From Torpedo marmorata (Eukaryota), in assembly GCA_977017645.1 (NCBI GenBank), contig OZ360222.1, positions 123,442,001-123,506,000 on the forward strand: a stretch of 64,000 bases of DNA, read 5' to 3'. The translations under genes and the position numbers were made by a program. The notes under the pieces are model-generated. The model worked only from the letters and a program-made list of their open reading frames with translations. It searched no databases and was not told the origin of the DNA. Positions within the stretch are counted from its first letter, which is position 1, and each line of letters starts with the position of its first letter. Shown here piece by piece: positions 40,338-53,899 of the stretch.

Positions 40338-41509
40338 GTTGGCATTGGTTGTCATTGATACAGATACTGTTGTTTATCAGGACAATGAGTTTACTCAAGA
40401 AATTTTCTTTCCACAGTAATTTCTCTTCTGCTACCATGGCATCTATTGTGCAATATACAGAGCCATATGTCTGGTCTATTTCTTTATCCTTGCTAAGATT
40501 TCCTTGTGACTTGACAGATTGCTTTGTACATCTCTTAAATAACAATAGCCTAGCAATTTTATCATCTGGCACCATTTTTTTTATATCCCATGCAACAGAA
40601 ATGTATTGGAAAACAATAATTGGCCCATTGTGTAACTCACGTTTGAAACATCTTTTCAGTGCTGCAGAATTTATATGCCAAACTTTTTTCTTGTTCCTCT
40701 GTGTGCACTGACCCTACTTCCAACCAATTCCTCCCAAGTGGCTGCCACTTGGCTTATTCTTTCTGTGACGTATTGCTACTCACGATGGCTCATTTCATAT
40801 TTGAATGATGTCTTGTGTGTCTTAATACCCTCTGAGAGGGTATTGATAAACTCAAGGCCTTGTCTGTAAGTCAAGGGTTTCATGATTTTAAGCTGCTTTC
40901 TCCCCCAAATTGTATACTGAACCAGCTGGAATAACAAACCATTTGACATTTATATTGGCTGGTTGGCTAGGTAGCTGTTTGTTAAGTGTTAAATGGCCAT
41001 TGGTAAAGGTGCACCTTGATTAGCTGTTACTTTTATTTAGATAACAGTCATAAAATCATATTCTTGGGAAGTGCATGTTTCAAAACTGCAGGTCATAGGA
41101 GTTTGTAAGTGGGCTGTAAATTATGTCTAAAACAAGTACAGTTCTTGTTTTCATTCAAAGAGGAAAATATAACCCCTGGTCATTTTACTGCCTCACCTGC
41201 TGAGACTCAAACAGTTGACATGATGGTAACTTAGATTGTTAAGAGGGAATTGGACAAAGTGACAATCACTGGCAGCTCAAAGAACAGAATATTTCAACTT
41301 TCAGTTTCAAATTATTTGAAAATCAAAAAAGCTGCATGGAAATCTGAAATAAAAAGAGAAAATGCTGGAAATAGCACTGGGCAACATCTGCAGAAGGAGA
41401 AAGAGAGTTAGTGTTTGAGTTGAGGAGTCTCCGTCAGTTCAGTGTTTCAAGACTTTTCTGTTTTTAATTCAACTTCTTTAAATTTGGATCTTAACCATTT
41501 GGTGCAAAG

Positions 41510-42170
41510 AATAGAAAGCAGAGTATTTTTAAATGGTGAGATATCAGGTAATGTTATGTTGGGTAATTGGTCCTGATAGCGTTGTACACTAGTTACTAAA
41601 TGTCAACAAATAATTAGGAAGGCAGTGGAATGGTGGTCTTTATTATGAGAGATGTGATTACAGGCGTAAATATGTTTTAGTATGATCATATAGGGCCTTG
41701 GTGCACCACAGTTAGAATATTTACTTCTTTACTTAAGGAAGGATATACTTACTCCCCCTTCAGTGAAGACTCATTGGATTGATTTCAGGGGTGGCAAATA
41801 TGAGGAAAGATTGAGTGCACAAATGTGTACTCTTTAGATTTTAGAATGAGAGGGTATCTCAATTAAACACAAACTAAACTTGCTGAATGTAGGGAAAGTG
41901 TTTCTCATGGCTGATAAGATGTGATCTGGGAGTCGGTCTAAGTGGAAGACAGACCATTTAGACTGAGATGAGGATAAGTCTCAGACCATTGTGAATCTTT
42001 GGAATTCCCTTGATTACAAAAAAATGAGATAATTTGTTTCTTGGATATTAAGGGAATCAGGGATATAGGGACAGGAAATGGCATTGAGGGAGATAATTAG
42101 CCTTGACTTTAATGTATGACAAAGTAGGCATAAATGGCCTGTTCCTGGTTCTATTTCTTATGTTCATTCT
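41510..42170 (+). mobile_element. Highly degenerate CR1 3' region
   Basis: Remnants TATGAGGAAAGATTGAG, TTTAGAATGAGAGGGTATCTC and GTGAATCTTTGGAATTC, and tail GGCCTGTTCCTGGTTCTATTTCTTATGTTC. Confidence 0.6.
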
Positions 42171-43074
42171 TGGAATGGCAAAGGCTCACCATTTTGGAAA
42201 AAAAAACTGTTCATGTTCTCCCATTAATGTCCTAATTTATAATGTTATTTCTGATGTGTTTTGAGTGAACTGCTTTAAGTTGAATCTTTATCTCTGATCA
42301 TATTCTGTCCCCTTTTTTACTGCTCTCCTTTCCTTCATCCCTTCATCATGGAAAGCTTGACCTGTCAAACAGCAAACACTTCCAGTAATACAATACTATC
42401 CTTCCTGCTTTTTGGCTTAGATTTTGCAATTGTTGGTAATAGTGGTGATGCTGTTGCTGACTGTGAACAAAGCTGAATGGAGGTTCTGAGGGATGAGCCT
42501 CCCCTTTACTGACAATTGGTTGATGTTGGGTACCTGCTCCAAGGATCTCTGCTACCCAGCAGTGATGTCTTCAAGCATTGTGAGCAACCAGTGATATTAA
42601 GTGTTTTCACAGACAGCAAAACAGGAAGGCATCATAATAATTTAAACATATAGAGCACAACATAAAGATTAGAATGGATGAATTTTAAGGTAGAAGTTAA
42701 AATATCATAAACAAATATTGATTTTAGAATGTATTTAATGTTGAAATATTCAAGGTAATTCCACACCTGAAATCTACAAAATGCACTGCAATTCCGTGCC
42801 TGTTCTGCCCTCAAGCCCACAGCCTCTCCCACAAGAAAGATGAGGCCTCAGGTGCAGGGAACTCTACCGCAAGTGGGCTCCTTTCTAAGTCTCTCTCTAT
42901 CCTGGATTGGAAAAATGTCCTCCAAGGACACTGGGTCTGAATCCCAAAATAAATACCCCAACAGCATTGTGGCAGTATTTTCTGACAATTGCCTCTTCAT
43001 CTCCAAGTATGTTCTGGTGGTTAGGCACCAGTTCCTGTGGATTTTATCCATAGAGTATGCAGCATACCTAAGTA

Positions 43075-43310
43075 AAACACGAAAATCTGTAGACACCGTG
43101 GTTGAAGTAAAAAACACAAATGCTGGAGAAGCTCAGCAGGTCAAACAGTGTCTTTTATGTAGCAAAGGTAGAAATACATAACCGACGTTTCGGGCTTGAA
43201 CCCTTCATCAAAGTATGAGAAAATGCCGGCAAGCGTCCGAACAAAAGAGTGAGGGGGGAAGGGGGGTGGCAAAGGCAGGAGATGATAGGTGGAGGAAGGA
43301 GGGAGGGGAT
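43075..43310 (-). mobile_element. Penelope-like 3' fragment; similar short pieces at ~1760-1925, 30400-30530 (+), 41330-41470 and 52440-52565 (-)
   Basis: AAATGCTGGAGAAGCTCAGCAGGTC...GACGTTTCGGGCTTGAACCCTTCATCAA, the reverse complement of the terminal block. Confidence 0.65.
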
Positions 43311-44122
43311 TTGGTATTTAATCTATATCTGCCTTTTTCTGTTTGTCTAACTCTTTCATTGTAGCCTCCAATTTCCAATGTATTTATCTAAATTCTACTT
43401 GCATTCCTCTGTATTCGAATGGACATGTGTCTCATTTTTCCAGACACAGTCCCCAGTAGAGCAAACATTATCGGCAGAAGTGTCACCCGTTCACGAAGCG
43501 TATCCTAGGCAATTGAACTGGTCTAAAGGTGAGAGGCTGGTGTAGAGAGTTATTACCAGATAGAAAGGAACACAGTCATTCATCCATACTGGGGAGCTGA
43601 ACAAGGAGCCAAGCTAACCCATCAAAGTCCTGCATGCACGACCAGGATTGCAAGGAGCTGCCCCTGGAGCCCACAGCCCATAGTGTGCCTGCTGCTCATG
43701 GTTTTTCCTCAATCTTGCTGCTCATCAGGGTTTTGAGAGAGAAGAGGGCATGAGCTTTAGATGGGAGAGTTAGAGGAAGCTGAGGAGATTTGAGTGAGGG
43801 AAGGCATCAAATTGGAGGCAGGGAGAGCAGGCAGGAGATGGGGCATGAAAGATATCAGAAGGGAATGGGAGAACATTGTGGCAGGGATGGAGATGTTCAG
43901 AGAGGGGATGGGAGGGAGAACAGAGGACAGAAAAATACTTAATACATTTGACTGAACACAATCTTCTCAACACACAGCTGGATCCCACAATATTTATCAG
44001 AGCAGTGTCGCATGGCAATGGTGCTGGTGAATCTGAATGCAAATTCTATTCATTTTGGTTCTCCACTTGTAATGTATTAATAAAGTGCTAATAGAAAATA
44101 CATAATTTTCTACCCTCTATGT

Positions 44123-44341
44123 CAGGGATGGCCAAACTGCGGCTCGCGAGCCACATGTGACTCTTTGACATATAATGTGTGGCTCGCAGAAATATGTTGG
44201 CTGTGACATGAATCGTACAAGCCGCTGCTTACAATGGTAGTTTTAGTGGGTGTGACTTGTGATCGCGTGATTGTTGCGGCTTGCAAACATCTGAAGTTTA
44301 TCGTATGTGGCTCTTACGTTAAGCATGTTTGGCCATCCCTG
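44123..44341. mobile_element. hAT (Charlie-like) MITE, 219 bp
   Basis: 15-bp perfect TIRs CAGGGATGGCCAAAC / GTTTGGCCATCCCTG; 8-bp TSD CTCTATGT (44115-44122, 44342-44349). Confidence 0.93.
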
Positions 44342-47300
44342 CTCTATGTGCTCCCATGCCAAGTGACCCTGGATTCAGTTTAGACAGTGTGGTGACTTTA
44401 ATCTGTGTTGACTCACCAGGCAAAACCTAAATGAAATTTGAAGTTGCAAAGGTAGTCTCAACTCTGTAATTTGGCAGAATCTCAGTCCCGTCACCAATAC
44501 AAATCACGCAATTGGTCTAAAATCATAACTGGGTAAAAAGAACATTCAAAGTAAAGCAATCTGTTGAATATCTAAAGTTAACATTCGAACTAAAACTACA
44601 AATGATAGGTACTAAAAATCAGATCCAGCTTTTTGGGGTAAATCATTTCAGGAGCAAAACTGCATATCATTTCTGTGCAGAGTGAAATTGTATAATTCTT
44701 TATTTTATACACCCACACAAATGCATATTTGATGCAGTTAAAGGTTTCCACATTGTTAAAATCAAAATCCATTTGTTTGTTCTGTTTCTCAGCTAATTGG
44801 GCATGTTTTGGTTGCTTATACTGGCATGGAGAATGGTACAATAAGTTGTACAGCATTGCTGTTCTTAAAAATAGGAGGTTTTCTTTTTGCCATTTTGTAA
44901 TTCAGGCCATGTTTGAAACGCTGTGTCCTTTGGACGGAAGGTTTTGATACTTGGGTGGTGGGGGTTGGGGTGGGGTGGGGGAGAAAGGGTGTAGTATAAT
45001 TTGTTTTACAAAACACTATCACTTGGAGTAAAAGCCTTCTTCAGTATTCCTGCTCTCTGCTTTTGTCCCTCAAACAAGAGAAAAATTTAGAGGCTTCAAA
45101 ACTGATTTGCAGTCGCCTTCCTTTAAGTTTAAATACTGGTTTTCCTTTGCTGTCAGTGATGGGAAGTCTGATATGTCCCATTACAAACCTTCCCTGCCCA
45201 TTTGTCCTTCTGTGAGAAAGAGACTCATTGTTTCTCCCTTCAAAAGACCAAGGTTTGATGAAAAGTTACAAATGTTCTCAAAACCATTGATTCTGTGGCA
45301 TTTCATTGTAACAGAATGGTGTTAATAAAGTCGCTTTGAATACAGCGGTTGCCTTATGTAGAATGGAAAGCAGCATTTCATGTTTTCTCTAACTGTAATT
45401 ACACTTAGCATAAGATGGGCATGAAAGTGATTATAGTTTTAGTTATGCCGTGCAGTGATCAATTAGTTGTGTGAGTGCTCCTGTTCAAAATTACTTCACG
45501 TAGTTAAAAAAGATATAAAATTTTGTCCATTACTAAGGTCACATTAGAGAAGGACTGTAGCAGAAATTGTAATAAGCTGAGATGGAATCCAACATTTCTT
45601 GCATGATCGCCTGTATAATGTGGAGATAGCTGTGTGAAAAGTCGGGGGGGGGGGGTGCCCAGCATCTAAGACCCAACACAATGAAAATGCAATGAATCGG
45701 AATGCTTCACAGATCATAGCGGAATCGGAATTTCCAGCAAGGAAAATCTTTTCATGGTGAATTAAGTGGTGGAGGAGAAAAATAGTGATGAAAAAAAGGT
45801 ATGCTCAGTTTCACAAATACTGCATTCGATGCTCAGGGGTAGAAGATTTAAGAACCTTGGTGAAGGCTATGAAGAATAGAATGTGGAAAATTGAATTTAC
45901 TAAACAATTAAGCATTGAATTAGCCTGCATCCAGTATTAGGGAGAGAAAAGGGAGAAGGGGGAGGGGAAAGGAGTAGGAAGAGACGAATAAATCGGAGCA
46001 GCTCATTAAGGGATAGTGAATATGTCCGCCCAGTTGTGTGGTAGAGGATATAGTTGACAGTGAATCATTGCATAGTTCTTTTAAGCAACCGTTTTTGAAG
46101 TAATATTCTTAATCTGGTTAATAAAAGCTTTTTTTTTCTGCTGAGACCAGTCTGTTTCTCCATGTTTTTTTCATATTATACTCAGCTTTTCTATTAATTA
46201 CAAGTTGTATTGCCAATCAACAAGAGTAGTAAGAGAAAAAATAAATGGAATGAGAGTGCCCTGGAGATGTCACTTCTAGAATCTGGTGTATCTCGGAACT
46301 CCCCTGGGTCTCTGCAACCTCCCACATGCCTCTCTGGTCTTCTGTTCAATTATAGTTAATGCAATAGTTTGCCATTTTCTCCTTCTAATTATATTTTCAA
46401 GTGGGATTTGTAGCAGATAGAAAAACATCCTTTTACATGTTGAGGCTTTGTGCCTGGTATTGTCAGTCCCATGAGTGCTGTACTATTCTTTCTACAGAGC
46501 TCTGAATAAACAGGTCCCCCTTTTAAAACTAGCAATGGTGCAAGCTGACAATAAGTACTTTAACCCTGCACACACTGAATGTGTGTTCACTATTACAACA
46601 AGCAGCTTATTTTCAATTGCTTTCAACATCAAGCCTTTCAATGGCATTTTTATCACCTGTTAATATTTTGTTTTTCCATCAGCAGATTGCTTTGTTTAAA
46701 AGTGTATGCGAGCATTTGTTAGGCACTTTTAAAATGAAAAATGAGTATGATGTTCAGTGGTCAAACATCCCATGAGGTGCAATGTTAAGATAGTTGAATC
46801 AGCAACTGCAGCAAATAAAAGCCAACCCATAAAGTCTCTGTTTCTCCTTTGTGACAACAGCATTTGATATTTATGGCATTGTCATCATCTCTCCTTTCCA
46901 CACAGCACAAATAAGAGTTTGTCCCCAGGGCAAGCACAAAACTATGTGTGAACCTGGGTCAGTATTTTCATCCCCCTACTCCTCAACTAGCACAGATGCT
47001 AGTAACCCAGCGCTCTTGACAACAAACACACATCACAAACATGCCACAAACAGACTTTTCAATTTGTGGGTAGATAGAAATCTGACAGGAATGGTTTTAT
47101 CTTCTTGGATGGATGTTTGTACAGTGCTTAAAAACAAAACAAAATCAGTAGTAAAGCAATAAAGAGATAAACAGAAGTAACTCCCAGCCCCTTCTGGAGA
47201 GAATTCCTGCAAATAAGCACCATTTCTTGAGGGGGAAAAAACTCTTTAAATGAACAAAAGGCTCCTCTCCTTGAAGGGATTCTATTTGGCCGCTAATCCA

Positions 47301-47809
47301 ATGGGAAGTTCTGTAAATTGGCACTAACCACACATATATACACACTGTTATTTCATTATCTTAAAATTTGAATTTGCTCACCTCAGAACTTTAACGTTTG
47401 CATTTCTGAAAATCCAAACGGTTTGTGCTAAATTGCAGGGAGTTCAGGGGCTGCGTTGACTTAAAACGTATGAGTAAAGGAAGTGTTTTAAAGTATAGTA
47501 CATTCAGTAATATTATTATTCCAACATTATTTTAAAAAGAATATCTGATTGAACAGCAATTTCATTCCTGCCTCATTAATAAATAGTGTTTACTTAATAG
47601 CAACAACTAAAAGAAGGGATCCCTTCTTCCAGAATGAGAGGATTATTGAATTGCTACTCATCTCTTTCATGGATAATGTAATGGAACATGTTAATTTCAA
47701 ACTACATGTGGCAATAAAAAATGAAGAAGATTGTTGATTATTTTGAAATAATCCAAAAAACATGACACAATAAATTCTAAATTATCACCTTTAATACGAT
47801 GTCAGCAGT

Positions 47810-48130
47810 GATTCAGTTGGTGTCAACTTTTCTGTGAGTTAGAAGAATGTGTGCTCTAACTACAGGCACTTGAACTCAAAAACCTAGACTGACACAATCA
47901 CACAGCACTGATGGAATTAAAGCTGCAGTCCTTCCAGTGAGCGATTATATCGATATCCTGCAGTACTATCTCATGGAAGAGTAGGAGTGTTATCCTTCGT
48001 GCCCTGTCCATTACATTTTGTTCAGTAAAACTTGCTTACAAATTGGTTATTGAGTGATTATCACATTGCTGTCTGGGAACCTTGCTTGTGTGCAAGTGCT
48101 TTACTGCATTGCAACATGAAACTACTCCAG
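47810..48130 (+). mobile_element. SacSINE1/Deu-SINE-like old copy (others at ~48920-49290 +, ~53990-54290 -)
   Basis: TCTGTGAGTTAGAAG...CTAGACTGACAC...ATTATCACATTGCTG blocks shared with the 38.9 kb copy. Confidence 0.5.
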
Positions 48131-50184
48131 ATTATTTGGAAGGTACATTTGTTGTGAACACTAATCTACAAACAGAAATCCAACTTTCATGATTCAAATT
48201 TAACCATGTCGTAACTTGCTTAAATTATAAATCCATTGTGAATATAGCTCCAGTGCATACTTTCTTGGGTCAGACATGTTGAGACTTGGAAATATAAAAG
48301 GGAGTCAACACTGTTTCCATCAACGAAGTGAGATGTTTTATTAACTTTACAAAAATATTTGAATTATTATTCCTTATTCTGATATTAGGTAATAATATGC
48401 CCTATGTAGATTTGTTCTTTACCTATAAATGCCATTTCAGTTTGGAGTGAAGCTTATTGCTGCATTTTAAGAGCTTGTTCTGAAAGTTAATTCGATTATT
48501 TTTATTCTTCTGACAAAGTGCAGATGTGGGAGGAGAGCACACTATAATTGTTTATATTCCTCCTGAAATTTAATTTACAACCAATTTTTTTTGCATCTCA
48601 GTGGAACTTTGAAACATACCCAGTGATAAGCAGAGCATCTGTTTTCTGCTCAATAGTATGAGATGCCTGGGTATGAACTGAGCACATGGAGCCCATGGCA
48701 GTCCTTGTTTTTTTTTAACCCTGGCCTGATTCATTAGCTAGACACATATCAGCCAGTGCCGGCTCACAAATGACTTGCATAACCTTGCTGTCACTATGAA
48801 GCAAATTTTAAGACCTGTCCTTGGCTGTCATTCATTTCAACTCTTCCAATTGTATGCCACAACTAGTCTTAAACATTGTTACTACTTCATAGCTAAGGAC
48901 AACATACATGTGTGTAGTTAAGTGTCATGGGTCACTGTCATCCCTTGAGTCTGAAACCCATGGGTACATCCTCCTTTCCAGAGACTAGCGCACTCCTGTA
49001 CAGTATTAAGAGAGTTCTGCCCTGTTGATAGTACTGTTATTAAAATGGGGTTCAGTCTGCTCTTTCAGATTGACTTAAATGGTCCCTTGGCACCATTTTA
49101 AACAAGTGCAGTGGAGTTGTATTTGTGACCTGGTTAATATTTATCACTTAACTAACATCACTTAAACAGATTACCTTGTCACATTCATAAAACTGGGAGC
49201 TTGAAGTGTGCAGATTCAGTGTCACATTTCCTCCATTATATCTGGCTTTATGACTTACAAGGGGTATGAAAAGTGCTTTTTAAATAAACTCAATGAAATT
49301 ATTGTTTCAGTTCTGCTAGTTTTAATTCTCAATGTTGTTAAATCTTACTGTTAAGGTTAGAATATCTTTGTGATTTTTTTTTCATTATTATATATGTTCA
49401 TATTCTGAGGATGTTGCTGTAAATGCCAGCATTTACTGTGCATCTCCAATATCCCCTGGACTGTGACAGCCAAAATGTCAACTTCATTGGTGGCTCTAGA
49501 GTAACGCATAGACAAGATGCTGTAAGGATGGTAGAATTCCTTCCCTGGTAAATATTTGGGAACCAAATGTGTTTTTGGTTACCATTACTGTTGCAAGGTT
49601 TTTATTCCAGATTTATTTAATTACTTGAATCTACATTCTCCAGTCGTTATTATGGGATTCACATTCATGTATCAGGATCGATGGTCCAGGCTTCGTTGTA
49701 CTAATCCAGTAAAAACTCTGTCCTACCGTATCCATAAAGTTGCTGATTTGTAAAACAGACATGATCTTCAATATTGAGTGGTCCATGTGAAGATACATGG
49801 AAGCATCAGCGACCTTTCAGCCATCCCTGCCTGTTCTATCATTTTGTCTTTGTTGTTGTATTTTAGCTCCATCTACCTGTGGGGAAAATAAAATGGGATT
49901 AGCGTAGGATTAGAGTACATTGGTGCTTGATAGTTGGCATGTCTGTTTCCATGTTGCTTGACTCTGTGACTCTTGATAACCTATCTTCATTTCATAACGC
50001 TCAAAACCCTTGCCTAACACAAACCCTATGAATCTCAGTTGTGATGCTTCGAAGTGGCTCATAGACCAAAGAGCTTCCTGAGGATAACAGCTCTGACTCC
50101 CACAGCACTTCATGTGGAAATGTACTTCCTGATGTTGCCATGAATGTTTACGTTCTAATTGTATGTTGTTGTGAAGCCCTCTAA

Positions 50185-50187
<3 letters not shown>

Positions 50188-50242
<55 letters not shown>
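50188..50242. repeat. (CA)n microsatellite
   Basis: About 27 CA units. Confidence 0.95.
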
Positions 50243-50243
<1 letters not shown>

Positions 50244-51370
50244 GCACTTCCCCACTGACCACCATCAAAAGGAATAGTTTCCTTTCTCTACCCTATTAAT
50301 TCCTTTAATCATCTTGAAACCTCAGTTAGCTCATCTTTTAATCTTCCAAACTCAAGGGGCTTGAAGCTTTATGTATGCAACCTGTCTTCTTAACTAAACC
50401 TGTTTGACCCCTTTTATCATGAGCCTAGATATGCAAACCAGCACCAACAATTAGCAAATTTTATGTCAATTAATGCCAATATAGTGATAAGCTTACGCAG
50501 TAGTCTTCTGTTTTATTTCTTGTAGTTTAATTTGTATGAAAATTAATGGATTACCTTTGACAACCATTTGGTTGCACTATCTACAAAAGTAACAAATCCT
50601 AATCCCTGAAAAGATCCACAAATCTCTGCCCTACACAATAAATAATTGTAAGTTTAGACTGCTGTAAACTCTATTTGCAGTGCATATACTTTAAAGGATA
50701 AATTTTAACTCCTGCAGAAACCGCCTGGCATTCCATACTGCGATGGTCAGGAGATTTTAATATCAGTCACCTCAGCTGCCTCTATCTTTTTAGTCTTACA
50801 GTCCCTAGTGGACTCAAATCACAGGTCGTAATGGGGTTTTGAATAGTTCCTACTCCTCAGGTTGGTGTTTTACAGATGGTTGGTGGGAAATGGTGGTTTG
50901 ATATCTTAATCATGAGAGATGGGAGGGCAATAATCTTATTACATTGGTGCTACAGAGTAACTAACTGTCTTCACCCATGTGGGCTGCTCCAGGTTCTTTG
51001 GCTGCCGGGCTGCTCCGATGGAAGAGCCACAGTACTGGGCATCTGCACGGGTAGCTGATTAAATGCAAAACTAGGCCGTGTTACTTTCTGGCATGCTACG
51101 CTGCTTGATAGGAGTGGTTAAACGCCCATCCCGTGTGAAAGGCAGTGGTCTCACAATGGAAGAGTGGTCACAGTCATAACAACCATCTGGTTCCCATCCA
51201 GAGGGTCCAGTATTAAGATCAATTCCTAAACCATTCCAGGGAGAGTGACACTTTCATTGTAGTTTCTGCTTACAGCTCTTAAGTTCAATTTTATTGTCAC
51301 ATGTATCAAGATGCAATGATACAGTTTGTCTTACCATTTGTATCTCCTTCATTTCCAAGCTAAAACTTTG

Positions 51371-51615
51371 GGTGGTATATTTAGTGAAGCAGTTAGCGCA
51401 ACGATGTTACAGTGCCAGCGACCCGGGTTAGGATCCCGCAGTGTCTGTAAGGAGTTTGTACATTCTCCCCATGTCTGCATGGGTTTCCTTCGGGTGCTCT
51501 GGTTTCCTCCCACCCTTCAAAACTACGGGGATTGTAAGTTAATTGGGTGTAATTGGGTGGCATGGGCTCGTGGGCCGGAAGGGCCTATTACTGTGCTGTA
51601 TGTCTAAATAAATTT
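51371..51615 (+). mobile_element. Second, more diverged copy of the same V-SINE
   Basis: Collinear with 3437-3688 (GTTAGCGCAA...TTAATTGGGTGTAA...GCTCGTGGGCC...GCTGTATGTCTAAA). Confidence 0.85.
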
Positions 51616-53790
51616 AAAACCTGTCCACTTTCAGCTTGGTAGAGGTACAATTGCAGTATACCCAAGAAAGGGCAAATTTCCAATGGTATTATTGCTCTTA
51701 AGTACTCGAGCTTCATGCTTGAAACTTACACCAGTGTCAGGACAACTGTACATTAGCAATCAGTGACACTCTATTGCCATTAAAAGTGTCTAAATTAAAC
51801 AAAATCACTTTGAATACTATTAACCTATATGTAGCTCTGAATGTCATTTAAATAGCACTTCAGCATAAAGTACCCCCAGGACAAAAACCACACAGTCAAT
51901 CACTGAGCTAGTTAATGGGTTAATCATTACTGCCATACTGGTTGGAATACATATCTGATCAAGTGTTAAGGCCTTACAAAGTGCTTTATATGCTCCTGTG
52001 AAAATTGTCACCTTCCAGGTGCATTCTATTTTTATTTGTCACCAAGGGATATTAAAAATGCTGAAAGGTTAACTTTTAATTTCTTGGCAAAAAGAAAGGT
52101 ATTAGCTGCTTAGGAAAACTGCTTTAATTTGCTCGGATGAGTGCAGCCAAATAAAAAAGAATTATTCACTTGCAGTGAGTGCCGAATCCTGAGTGGGATT
52201 TTTTTCAAAATAACATGATACTTCCCTACAGGAAGACAGTATGTCCAGTGTAACTGTAGCATTCTCTTTGTCTCCCTACCACTGTTTCAAAGTTGGCATT
52301 GGACTGTGTTCAATGGATATCTATCCTTTTAGATGAAAGGAATTGGAAGGCAGGGGAAGGAGAAATAATATTAGGTGAGGGAGGGAAATTAATAAAATAA
52401 AAGGACCAATGTGTTATTTTGCTGACTCCTTCATGTGAAACAAGAAAGTTTGCAGATGCTGTGCACATACACGAAAGTGCTGGAGAAACTCAGCAGGTCC
52501 CGCAGCATCCAGAGGAGGCAAAGATAAATAACCAACATTTCGGGCCAGAGCCCTTCATCAAGGTTTATGTTTTATATAAATTGACATACCACATTTGTAT
52601 CCTGAAATGATTGTAACAATCAAGACATTTTAATCATACCACTACAAACTTACCTCTGAGATATTCCCAAATGATTTGTTGATTCAGTTTAAAATCAGTT
52701 TGGATATGTGTATCAGTAATGGAAATGAAAGAGTCCAAGACTTAACTTTATTATTGGATATTTCTAATACTTAAAAGGTGCAGGTCTTTTAAATTATGCT
52801 GCATAGTTCTGTTGTAATGATGAGAACTGAACTGATGTTATTTTATGTCTGCTGCTGAATATTTAGTGCATGGATCCTCAGTGACTGTACAAAGGTTAAC
52901 GTTTGACCTTCATATCTAGTAGAATAGGACATACAAGAGGGAGATAAAGGGATAAGCAATATAATTACAGCAATAATTTGCATTTGTATACCTTTTTTTT
53001 TATTTGAAGAAAACACCCAAGATTCTTCAGAGGTGTTTTCAGACAGAACAGACCTGATATTAGGAAAAGTGAACAAAAGCTTACCCAGTATATAAAAGTG
53101 CAATTACACATGATGTTTGAGAGTGATGGTGTGACTGGGCACGTAAAGAGAGATCAAGGCCATAACTCCTCTGCTTTTCTTAAATTAGTGTTCTGTGAGC
53201 TTTTGTGTCCACCTTAGAGAGGAGATGGGTCCTTGGTATAATGCTCCTTCTGAAGGATTATGCGCACTCCCTCAGTGTTGCATTGTCACATCTGCCTAAA
53301 TTGTTTTGCTCAAGCCTCTGGAGTGAGATTTTTCTATTTTTGTATTTATTTTTTGGGACAATGACCTTGCAGAGAAGGTCATTTGTTGCCCATCTCTCAT
53401 TGTCCTTCAAAGGTGACAGGATAGTTTTTTTCCATACCTTGTGAAGATGCACAGGGGGTTTGATCCACACTGGTGTGCAGACCCTGTCAAACCAGCAGCC
53501 AGGAAGCACTTTGACCTCTTCATTCATTGAGGGAAGTGTTTGAGCTGTACTAGCTGTTGAAGGCTAATGTCAGAAATACCCCTGAGGACACCCAGGGGTA
53601 GACCAATGTGCATAGAGCTGTACATACCCCAAGCCAGTGCCATATTAATGCTCCATCCAATGGCCCAACAGTCTCATAGGAATAGGAAGTACTTTCTGCC
53701 TATGTCTTTTGCCTGAGCTAAGGTGCAATGTAGCAGTGTTGGCCAGTATTCAGCTTTCAGCTCCCTTATCAGTGTCATTCCCTCCTTCAG

Positions 53791-53899
53791 ACTTGGAACA
53801 GAGATCATGATGACACAGCATCAACGCGCTCAGGTGGGACACCTGGACCCTCCAGCGGGGGACATACGTCACACAGTGGGGATAACAGCAGTGAACAAG
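53791..53899 (+). CDS. MEIS1: MEIS1 coding exon 7; gene continues beyond window (homeodomain exons not seen)
   Basis: CCTTCAG acceptor; [36 protein letters not shown](G); donor CAAG|GTAAGA; 109 nt. Missed by the ORF track in this frame. Confidence 0.95.

Noticed and set aside
40063-40711. 170-aa and 147-aa overlapping ORFs
   Set aside because: They cross the LTR boundary, have no family motifs and start at non-ATG codons; likely chance ORFs.
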